A stretch of DNA of 41,238 nt from Polyangiales bacterium. GTDB lineage: Bacteria; Myxococcota_A; Polyangia; Polyangiales; Polyangiaceae. The position numbers and the translations under genes were made by a program. The notes under the pieces are model-generated. The model saw only the letters and a list, made by a program, of their open reading frames with translations. It made no database searches and had not been told where the DNA came from. Positions 8,513 to 16,282 of this stretch are shown one piece after another. The stretch lies in the NCBI GenBank assembly GCA_038231275.1, contig JBBRLQ010000049.1, positions 1 to 41,238 on the forward strand. The letters run 5' to 3'. Numbering within the stretch: position 1 is the stretch's first letter; the number at the start of each line of letters is the position of its first letter.

Positions 8513-10765
8513 CTATTTGAGCGCGCACGCGGCGACGTTGAGGGTCAGCACTCCGGACGCGCTCGCAGCCAAATTTCCGCCCGGCCCGAGCGCGACCTTG
8601 CACCCGGCCCCCGATGCTTCGAGGGTCGCGCCGTACTTCGCGGAGGGGACGAGGCCGACGACGACGTGACGCGTCGCGGTCACGGGCGCCTTGTAGGAGA
8701 CGGCGGCGGCGACCTTCTGCGGCGCGGCGCTCGTGAAGAGGTACGCCTCCGTCTCGATCGCGACGCCGTCGATCCCCTCGCCTTCGATGCGCGCCGGTGA
8801 TGGCGGCGAATCGGCCGCAGCGCCGACGACGATGGTGTGGAGGAAGCGGCGCTCGGTCTTGCCGCGCGGCGAGGCGATCTCGATGCGGGTGGAGTCGATG
8901 CCCGCGGCCGGATCGTTCTTCATGAAGATCGTGTCGGTCTGCAGCGTCGGCTCCTTGAGGAGCTTCGCCGTCACGCCCTCGGGGATCAGCGTCGTGATCG
9001 TGGCGGCCGAGCGCCCGACCGGGATCTTGATCACCGAGCCTGCGACGATCGGCGTGACGCCCGCGTGTCCTGCCCACGTCGTGCCGTACGTCCCCTTCGT
9101 GAGCGTGAAGCGATCGTAGATGACGACGCGCGCGGCCGACGGTGTCCGCATCGTCTCCATCGGCGCGCGCGAGAAGATCACCTCGCGCTCGGCGCGCGCG
9201 ACGCTGTGGGTCTTGTGGTACTGCGGGTAGTCGTCGGGATCGTACGCGTCGCCGTATTCCGCGAGCGCGTAGGCGACGCCGCCCTCGTCCTGGAAGCGCG
9301 AGATCGTCGCGAGCTTGGAGTAAATCTGCTGGTTGGGGTTCCAGCGGTTGTTCTCCTTCTTGTCGTCCACGAGGATGACGTTGTGGCTCGTCGACGAGTA
9401 CGAGTCGTAGTCGCCCGGATCGATCAAGAGCATGTCGCCGCCGCGCGCGATCTCGAAGTGCCCCTGATCGAGGTGCTGGTGATCGCCGAAGAAGGCGGTC
9501 GACACGAGGGAGAGCCAGGTGGCGCGATCGGTCCAATCGGAGCGCGCGAAGACGGTGCCGGTGCCCTTCGCCCAGTAGCTCGTCGGGCCGCGGCGCGGAT
9601 CTTCGGAGACGCGGCCGGGCTCGTCGCCGAGAGCCTTCAGCCAGTTCCACACAGGCTCGCCGGGCCGCTTGGCGAGGCGTCCGAGCCACACGGCATTTCG
9701 CGCGACCGGATCGTCCTTCGGGAGCGCCATCGCGACGCCGTAGAACTGCTGCGGGAACGGCGTCGCCGGCTTGTGCGACCAGTCGGCGTTGTCGTACGTG
9801 TGGACGCCGTCGGGGAGGAGGCCGTGGTTCTGGAACGCGATCGAGTCGCGGAGCCACGGCAGATCGAGCGCCATCTTCGCGGGGCCGCCCGTGGTCGCGC
9901 GCCCTTCCGCGTCGGCGTAGATGCCGAGCACGGCGCCGATGAGCCGCGCGTACTGCCAGCCCTCGGGGTAGTCGCCGCCTGCTAGCCGCGTGCGGTAGCC
10001 GGGCACGATGATCTTGTTCCAGACCTCGCGCGCGTGCTTGCGCATCTCGGTGCCGCTGGCCTTCGTCGCCTCGTCGCCGTCGCACGCCACGCCGCCCATT
10101 CCGGCAGCGCCGAAGTAGCCCATGAAGTGGTTCGACCACGGCTCGGTCGGGCGGTAGCCGCCCTTCTTGTACCAAGAGACGTACGTGCGGAGGCGCGTGC
10201 ACGCATGCTTTCGCTGCGCGTCGTCGAGATCGTCGAAGAGCCAGTCGTAGGCGATCGCCGCGAGGAAGCCGACGTTGCGGATCGCGTAGCCGTCGTCGCG
10301 CTCGCAGGACTTGTCGCCGCCCTTCTTGTCGCCGACCTCGGTCTGATCGTCGAAGAGCGCGTTCATGTAGCGGATGGCGCTTTTGGTGTAGTCTGCACGC
10401 TTCAGGATCTTGCCGCACAGCGCCGAGTCGAGGGCCATGTTCGCCCAGTCCTCGCCCATGTGGCCGCTCGATATTTTCTTACCGAGGCCTTCGTCGCAGT
10501 TCTGCTGGAGGATCGTCCAGCTCGGGTGGTTCGCGCGAGAGAGCGCCTCGAGGCCGCTCATGCGATCGCTCGTGAGGAGGATCCGCGGGTGGGTGCCGAG
10601 CTTGAAGTCGGTGGTGAGCGGCAACGTGCCCTCGGGACCCGAAGGCAACGGCGCGGCGGTGGCCGGAGTCTCGCTGCTCATCCCGGGGAAGCGCTCGCCG
10701 CGATGGCACGACGCGATCGCGACGGCGACGGTGGCCGCCGAGAGGAGGAGGAGCGCGGAGCGCAT
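8513..10765 (-). CDS. Heparinase II/III-like polysaccharide lyase lipoprotein
   Basis: Lipobox IASC; HPRILLT; WSNH; YPEGWQY; FARSDW; HQHLDQGHFEI; HNVILVD. Start is the ATG at 10765. Confidence 0.75.
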   Translation of the reverse strand: MRSALLLLSAATVAVAIASCHRGERFPGMSSETPATAAPLPSGPEGTLPLTTDFKLGTHPRILLTSDRMSGLEALSRANHPSWTILQQNCDEGLGKKISSGHMGEDWANMALDSALCGKILKRADYTKSAIRYMNALFDDQTEVGDKKGGDKSCERDDGYAIRNVGFLAAIAYDWLFDDLDDAQRKHACTRLRTYVSWYKKGGYRPTEPWSNHFMGYFGAAGMGGVACDGDEATKASGTEMRKHAREVWNKIIVPGYRTRLAGGDYPEGWQYARLIGAVLGIYADAEGRATTGGPAKMALDLPWLRDSIAFQNHGLLPDGVHTYDNADWSHKPATPFPQQFYGVAMALPKDDPVARNAVWLGRLAKRPGEPVWNWLKALGDEPGRVSEDPRRGPTSYWAKGTGTVFARSDWTDRATWLSLVSTAFFGDHQHLDQGHFEIARGGDMLLIDPGDYDSYSSTSHNVILVDDKKENNRWNPNQQIYSKLATISRFQDEGGVAYALAEYGDAYDPDDYPQYHKTHSVARAEREVIFSRAPMETMRTPSAARVVIYDRFTLTKGTYGTTWAGHAGVTPIVAGSVIKIPVGRSAATITTLIPEGVTAKLLKEPTLQTDTIFMKNDPAAGIDSTRIEIASPRGKTERRFLHTIVVGAAADSPPSPARIEGEGIDGVAIETEAYLFTSAAPQKVAAAVSYKAPVTATRHVVVGLVPSAKYGATLEASGAGCKVALGPGGNLAASASGVLTLNVAACALK

Positions 10766-10831
10766 GGCGAGTAGAGATAGTCGCCCCGGCCGCCCGGGTC
10801 GAGAGGCAGGCATGGTAGACTTTTCGCCCTC

Positions 10832-11791
10832 ATGAGGCACACGGCCACATTCGCCTTCGCGGCGATCGGCGTCGCGGGCGTGCTCGCGCCACTGGCGGCG
10901 TGCGGGCTCGACCTCACCGGCGATCTCGGCCCGGACGACGGAGGCGCGGGGGACGTCTCGGTCGACGCGCGCGACGCGACGGCCGAGGGCGCTCCGATCG
11001 ACGGGACCACGAACGACGCCGAAGGCGACGGCGCGGCCGACGACGGAAACGGCGGGAACGACGTCGTGGCGATCGACACCGGCGTCGACGCTCCTCCCGA
11101 CGTCGCGGTCGACGGCGGACCGTGCGCGCTGGCCGACGGAGGCGCCGGCGTCACGTGCGGCGGCGCGTGCGTGGACCCGACCGATCACGATCATTGTGGC
11201 GGCTGCACGCCGTGCGCCGCGCATGCGGCATGCGAGAACGGCGCGTGCGTCAACGTCGCGGCCTCGCTCGTCGCCTTCCGCTACGAGCAGCCGTGCACCA
11301 GCTTGATGCGACCCTACTGCGCCACCAACACAGGGCTCCAGACGAAGACCGCGACGCTCACCGGCACCCTCGCCAAGGTCTACGTTCTCACGGTCCACGT
11401 GCGCGGTGTCGTCGAGCAAAAGACGATCAACGGGAGCCTCGCGGGCGGCGCGACCGGCACGAACGCCGGCTTCTTCGTCCTCGGCGGCACCCCGGCGACC
11501 GACGGATGGAACACGTACGCGATGGCCGTGAGCGCGCCTTCTTCAAAGGTGTTCTTCAACGCCGGGGCGTCGAACCACGACTACTGCGATCCGCTCGACT
11601 ACCACGCGAAGCTCAGCGCGAGCGGCAGCGCGACGTTGACGTTCACCGCCGATCCCGCCGACGCGTTCGAGGCGGCGAACCGTGACTCGACGGGCACGGC
11701 GATCGTGATCCCCGGAATCCCGCCGGCGCCGCTGCCCTACAACGGGCAATTCATCCAGCTCGACGTCGAGTCGGTGCGACTCGGGCCGTAG
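10832..11791 (+). CDS. Cys-rich lipoprotein with Asp/Gly linker and uncharacterised C-terminal beta-rich domain
   Basis: Lipobox LAAC; DGG/DAT linker; CGGACVD..DHCGGC..C module. Confidence 0.8.
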   Translation: MRHTATFAFAAIGVAGVLAPLAACGLDLTGDLGPDDGGAGDVSVDARDATAEGAPIDGTTNDAEGDGAADDGNGGNDVVAIDTGVDAPPDVAVDGGPCALADGGAGVTCGGACVDPTDHDHCGGCTPCAAHAACENGACVNVAASLVAFRYEQPCTSLMRPYCATNTGLQTKTATLTGTLAKVYVLTVHVRGVVEQKTINGSLAGGATGTNAGFFVLGGTPATDGWNTYAMAVSAPSSKVFFNAGASNHDYCDPLDYHAKLSASGSATLTFTADPADAFEAANRDSTGTAIVIPGIPPAPLPYNGQFIQLDVESVRLGP

Positions 11792-11801
11792 CGTCGTTCG
11801 T

Positions 11802-12095
11802 TCAGTCCTCGGGCGACGCGGCGGAGAGCCACGCGCGGCGGGCTGCGGCGTAGGCGGCGCGCGACGCACGCGCGATGTTCTCGTGCGGAGGCGACGCGAG
11901 GCCGCGCTTGGCGAGCTCGGGGCCGAGCTTCTGGAGGACCAGGACGCGCGCTTCCGCGAGCGTCCCCGGCCATCCGCCTTCCATGGCGCGCCCTTCACGG
12001 CGCAACGTCTCACGCCACGACGCCACCCACGAGGTGGCGACGCTACGGACGCACTCCTCGAGGACCGCGTCGCCAGCGGCGGCGGCGACGGTCAC
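11802..12095 (-). CDS. Hypothetical protein, 97 aa (last gene of RRM operon)
   Basis: GTG start overlaps the upstream TGA (GTGA); motif EGRAMEGGWPGTLAEAR. Confidence 0.65.
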   Translation of the reverse strand: MTVAAAAGDAVLEECVRSVATSWVASWRETLRREGRAMEGGWPGTLAEARVLVLQKLGPELAKRGLASPPHENIARASRAAYAAARRAWLSAASPED

Positions 12096-12292
12096 GGCTC
12101 GGCCGGCTCGGCCGGCTCGGCCAGGGGCTGCGGTCCGGGAATGATGCCCGCGATGTCCGGATCTTCGCCCGGCGCGCCCTCGGGTCGGTCGCCCTTGGTG
12201 CGCTTTCGCTCTTCCTTCTTCGCGGCCTTGTCGCGCTGCTTTTCTTGGCGCTGCCGTTCCTTTTGACGTTTTACGAAGCTGGTGCTCGACAC
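12092..12292 (-). CDS. Small basic, charged-helix protein, 66 aa
   Basis: GAGGTG RBS; MSSTSFVKRQKERQRQEKQRDKAAKKEERK; acidic Pro-rich tail. Confidence 0.75.
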   Translation of the reverse strand: MSSTSFVKRQKERQRQEKQRDKAAKKEERKRTKGDRPEGAPGEDPDIAGIIPGPQPLAEPAEPAEP

Positions 12293-12319
12293 TTCACACC
12301 TCGAATTCTGCGCGCTCGC

Positions 12320-12718
12320 TCATGCGCGGTACACCGCGGTGGCCACGTAGCGCAGGATTCGCCCGCAGTGCGACGAGCGCACGCTGCCCTGGCACACGTC
12401 TTCGCCCTCGAACGACGCGGTGCGCTCTCGGAGCGCCCTCATGACCGGATACGTGATGTCGTGCCCACCGTCGACACACGAAGGATCCCCGCACGGGATC
12501 TCGAAATGCGCCGGCGCCGAGGCCAGCTGGACCCGACGCGTGTGCGTCGTCGATCCCGCGGCCTCGCCCCGGTGCTCGGAGAGCTCGAGGTTCAAGGACT
12601 CCAGCTCCGGGATCTCGACCGTGAGCCGCGGAGCCTCGTCCTCGCGACGGCGCCGATCGGCGAATCGCCGGGCGGCCTCCGTCTGCTTCTGAGCCCTCAT
12701 CTGTCGGTGTTCGCTCAC
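12320..12718 (-). CDS. Uncharacterised putative Zn-binding protein, 132 aa
   Basis: GTG start overlaps the RRM gene TGA; four Cys in FEIPCGDPSCVDGGHD...CQG...HCG. Confidence 0.75.
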   Translation of the reverse strand: MSEHRQMRAQKQTEAARRFADRRRREDEAPRLTVEIPELESLNLELSEHRGEAAGSTTHTRRVQLASAPAHFEIPCGDPSCVDGGHDITYPVMRALRERTASFEGEDVCQGSVRSSHCGRILRYVATAVYRA

Positions 12719-13080
12719 CAACCGCGGTGTCCACCGCCGCCGCCGCCGCCGCCACCACCGCCGCTGCGCCGGTTACCGCCGCCGCCGCCGCCGCCACCGC
12801 CACCGCCGCCAGGACCACCACCACCACGGCTCTGGCGCTCCTCGGCCTCGTTGACGCGGAGCGGGCGACCGTCCACGACGGCGCCGTTCATCGTCTCGAT
12901 CGCCTTCTGCGCGCCCGCGGGGGTGCCCATGGTGACGAAGCAGAATCCGCGCGACCGACCGGTCTCGCGATCCGTGACGACGTGGACGTCGGTGACCTCG
13001 TCAATTTCCGCGAAGACCGCCCGGATGGTCTCCTCGGTGGAGTTGAACGAGAGATTCCCGACATAAAGACGCTGACCCAT
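12715..13080 (-). CDS. RRM (RNP-1) RNA-binding protein with Gly-rich tail
   Basis: RNP2 LYVGNL; RNP1 RGFCFVTM; GRPLRVNEA; GGAAGAGG RBS. Confidence 0.95.
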   Translation of the reverse strand: MGQRLYVGNLSFNSTEETIRAVFAEIDEVTDVHVVTDRETGRSRGFCFVTMGTPAGAQKAIETMNGAVVDGRPLRVNEAEERQSRGGGGPGGGGGGGGGGGGNRRSGGGGGGGGGGGHRGW

Positions 13081-13479
13081 AGTGACCTCTTCCAGATGGC
13101 AGTGACGGCAGTTATCGCGTTTGTCTTTTTTGATCGGACGAGCCGCTACGTACGATCGCGGGTGACGAACCTTTTTTTCGCCAACCACACGTTTCGTCCC
13201 GAGAGCATGAACGCGTTGCCAGTGCCGGGGAGGCCTACAGCTACGAGTCGATTCGCCGGAAACGGTGACGTGACGAGGGCAGCATAGCGCATTTCGACAA
13301 AAAGGCGAGGGACCCTTGCGCCCTCCCGAGGCCCGGATGCGCGGCGAAACGGCTGCGTTTTGCGCGCTACGGCGAGCCGACGCGTGCTCGTTCGGCAGAC
13401 GTTTGGAGGGACCGCGGGAGACCTCGGAATCGGGCGGCGTCGAAGATCTTTTGCTCGGCGCCGCCGTAGAACAGTTCTG

Positions 13480-14952
13480 ATGCTGGTCAGAAAGGTCGCG
13501 CTGTGGGCTGCGTTCGGGGTGATCGCGTCGAGCGCCGGCGCGATGGCCATCCCAGTCCCGTCGAGCACCCGCGCCGCCGAGCTCGAGCTGGGGCCCGAGC
13601 CCAAGATCAAGACCGATCTCTCGCACTTCACCGCCGGCCAGACGCTCCAGATGGACGGCCGGCTCGGTCACGCGACGGTCGCGCAGAACGGCGCGGGCGA
13701 GACGTACTTCTTCGCGTCGGTCACCGGCAACGCGCCCGCCGGCGTGAGCGCGCCGCCGCTGAACCTCGCGATCGTCATCGACCGCTCGGGGTCGATGAAG
13801 GGCGATCGCATCTCGAACGCCATCGCCGCGGCGGTCGGCATGGTCGATCGCATGCGCGAGGGGGACAGCGTCGCGATCGTGAGCTTCGACACGGAGGCCA
13901 CGCTGGTGGTGCCGCCGACGTTGACGAAGGCCACGACGCGCGCGTCGATCGATGCGGCCATCCGTTCCATTCGCCTCGGCGGCGACACGTGCGTCTCGTG
14001 CGGGCTCGACGAGGGGATGCGCCAGCTCGATCGGACGTCGCTCGGGAACGATCGCGTCAACCGGATGATCCTGCTCTCCGACGGGGCGACCAACCACGGC
14101 GTGCGCGATCTGCCGGGCCTGCGCGGCATGGCGGGCAGGATGCGCGATCGCGGGATCACGATCTCGACGATCGGCGTCGACGTCGACTTCGACGAGCGCG
14201 TGATGACGGCGATCGCGTCGGAGGCCAACGGGCAGCACTACTTCGTGGAGTCGCCGAGCGGCCTCGCCGCGGTGTTCTCGCGCGAGTTCGACGATCTGCT
14301 CGCGTCGATCGCGAGCGACACGGAGCTCGCGATCGATCTGCCGGCGGGGGTCGTCGTCGATCAGGTGTTCGATCGCCCGTTCCGCACCGAGGGTTCGCGC
14401 GTCATCGTCCCGTTCGGGACGTTCAGCGCGAAAGAAGAGAAGACGGTGCTCATGAAGCTCCGCGTCCCGTCGGCGACGCTCGGCGTGCAGCCGGCCCTCG
14501 ACGCGAAGCTCACGTACCGCGATCTCTCGACGCAGACGGCCGGCCTGTGCTCGGGCGCGCTCGCCGTCGTTGTCACGGGTGACGCGAACGCCGCTCAAAA
14601 AGACCTGGATCCGTTCGTCGCGACGCGCCTCGAGCGCAGCCGCACCGCGCAGACGCTCGCCGAGGTGAACCGTCTGTTCGAGGCCGGCCAGGTCACCACC
14701 GCCCTCGCGCGGCTCAAGGACCAAGAGGACAACCTCGCGAAGACCGAGGCCCTGACGCGCCGCGCTCCGCCGCGCCCTGCCGCGCTGCACACGCGGCCGA
14801 TCGACGAGGACTTGAAGCAGCAGCGCGTCGCCGTTCAGAACGCGGGCGCGAGCATCGCACCGCCGAAGGCGCCGGCACCTGCGCCGAGCTCGCGCGCGGG
14901 CAAGGTGTCGCGCAAAGAGAACGAGCTGGAGAAGCTCGACTTCTGGCGCTGA
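13480..14952 (+). CDS. Secreted vWA-domain protein (YfbK/CLCA-homolog type)
   Basis: Signal peptide; PLNLAIVIDRSGSM (MIDAS); LLSDG; ISTIGV. Confidence 0.88.
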   Translation: MLVRKVALWAAFGVIASSAGAMAIPVPSSTRAAELELGPEPKIKTDLSHFTAGQTLQMDGRLGHATVAQNGAGETYFFASVTGNAPAGVSAPPLNLAIVIDRSGSMKGDRISNAIAAAVGMVDRMREGDSVAIVSFDTEATLVVPPTLTKATTRASIDAAIRSIRLGGDTCVSCGLDEGMRQLDRTSLGNDRVNRMILLSDGATNHGVRDLPGLRGMAGRMRDRGITISTIGVDVDFDERVMTAIASEANGQHYFVESPSGLAAVFSREFDDLLASIASDTELAIDLPAGVVVDQVFDRPFRTEGSRVIVPFGTFSAKEEKTVLMKLRVPSATLGVQPALDAKLTYRDLSTQTAGLCSGALAVVVTGDANAAQKDLDPFVATRLERSRTAQTLAEVNRLFEAGQVTTALARLKDQEDNLAKTEALTRRAPPRPAALHTRPIDEDLKQQRVAVQNAGASIAPPKAPAPAPSSRAGKVSRKENELEKLDFWR

Positions 14953-14976
14953 CGGCTTCTGACTGTGCGCGCCCGC

Positions 14977-15999
14977 TCACACGAGCTTGACGAGCTGCTT
15001 GCCGAAGTTCTTTCCCTTCAGCATCCCGAGGAGCGCGGCGGGTGCGCTCTCGAGCCCTTGCGCGACCGACTCCCTGTACTTGAGCGCGCCGCTCGCGACG
15101 GAGGCGCCCAGCTCCGCGAGCGCCTTCGGCCACGATGACAGGTGCTCGGAGACGATGAAACCCTGGATTTTCAAGCGTTGCGTCAACATCAGCGCCGGGT
15201 ACGTGAGAGGCGACGGCGCGCCGTCGTAGGCCGAGATGAAGCCGCAAAGCGCGATGCGTCCGTGCGCGTTCATGCGCGCGAGCATGGCGTCGAGGATCAT
15301 TCCGCCGACGTTCTCGAAGTAGCTGTCGACGCCCTCCGGAGCGGCATCGCGCAAGAGCGCGGCGAAGGCCTTGGCGTCGGGCGCGGATTTGTAGTCGATG
15401 CAAACGTCGAAGCCGAGCTCGCCGGTGACGTAGTCGCACTTGGCCGTGCCGCCCGCGATGCCGACGACGCGGCAACCCTTCGCCTTCGCGAGCTGACCGA
15501 CGATCCCGCCGACCGCGCCCGACGCCGCGCTGACCGCGACGGTCTCGCCGGACTTGGGCGCGCAAATTTCGTTCAAGCCGTACCACGCGGTGATGCCCGG
15601 CATGCCGACCGCGCCGAGGTACGCCGGAAGCGGAATGCGCGTGGTGTCGACCTTGCGAAGCCCGGGCCCCGCGGCGGCCGCGTCGACGACGGCGTGCTCT
15701 TGCCAGCCGCCCATGCCCACGACCTTGTCGCCGATCGCGAATCCGGCGGCGCGGGTCGCCACGATCTCACCGACGGTGGCGCCGATCATGACCTCGTCGA
15801 GTGGCTGAGGTGCCGCGTACGACTTCTGGTCGCCCATTCGCCCGCGCATGTACGGGTCGAGCGACAAGTAGTGGTGCCGCACGAGCACCTGACCTTCGAC
15901 GAGCTCGGGGAGCGGGACGGTCTCGAGACGAAAGTTCCCCTCCTCCGCGGCCCCCTTGGGGCGCGACGCGAGGACGATGCGCCGATTCTCGACGGTCAT
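14977..15999 (-). CDS. NADP-dependent oxidoreductase (MDR, PTGR/CurA-like)
   Basis: IVLASRP; SLDPYMRGRM; GMPGITAWYG; SAASGAVG; YFENVGG; GKNFGKQLV; AGGAGG RBS. Confidence 0.93.
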   Translation of the reverse strand: MTVENRRIVLASRPKGAAEEGNFRLETVPLPELVEGQVLVRHHYLSLDPYMRGRMGDQKSYAAPQPLDEVMIGATVGEIVATRAAGFAIGDKVVGMGGWQEHAVVDAAAAGPGLRKVDTTRIPLPAYLGAVGMPGITAWYGLNEICAPKSGETVAVSAASGAVGGIVGQLAKAKGCRVVGIAGGTAKCDYVTGELGFDVCIDYKSAPDAKAFAALLRDAAPEGVDSYFENVGGMILDAMLARMNAHGRIALCGFISAYDGAPSPLTYPALMLTQRLKIQGFIVSEHLSSWPKALAELGASVASGALKYRESVAQGLESAPAALLGMLKGKNFGKQLVKLV

Positions 16000-16072
16000 G
16001 TGAGCCTCCTGGCTTATCTTGTCCGCGCGCCGCCTCCCCGCGAGGCGCCGCACCCACCAAAGGAGCACGACG

Positions 16073-16171
16073 ATGGCCAAGGGAATCGAGAAGAGCAAGA
16101 AGAACAACCAGCCGAAGCTCTCCACCAAGGAGAAGCAGAAGAAGAAGAAGGAGAAGAAGGCCTCCAAGTAG
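16073..16171 (+). CDS. Small Lys-rich protein, 32 aa (MAKGIEKSKKNNQPKLSTKEKQKKKKEKKASK)
   Basis: AAGGAG RBS ends 7 nt before the ATG; nearly all codons end in G/C; lies in an otherwise intergenic gap. Confidence 0.72.
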   Translation: MAKGIEKSKKNNQPKLSTKEKQKKKKEKKASK

Positions 16172-16282
16172 CCCGCGGCTCGCGTGTGTAAGCTCGGGCG
16201 GGCGTGGGCGTTTTAGAGCGGAGGTCGTTGGCCTGGAACGGGCCGACGACCAGAGCGACCCACTAGAAGGGGAGAGACACCG

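Noticed and set aside
13081..14790. Long N-terminal extension of the RRM ORF (691 aa in the track); similar extensions on 4379..6052, 8513..11419 and 32307..35132
   Set aside because: The extensions overlap genuine opposite-strand genes. Internal starts with RBS, signal peptide or promoter fit better.
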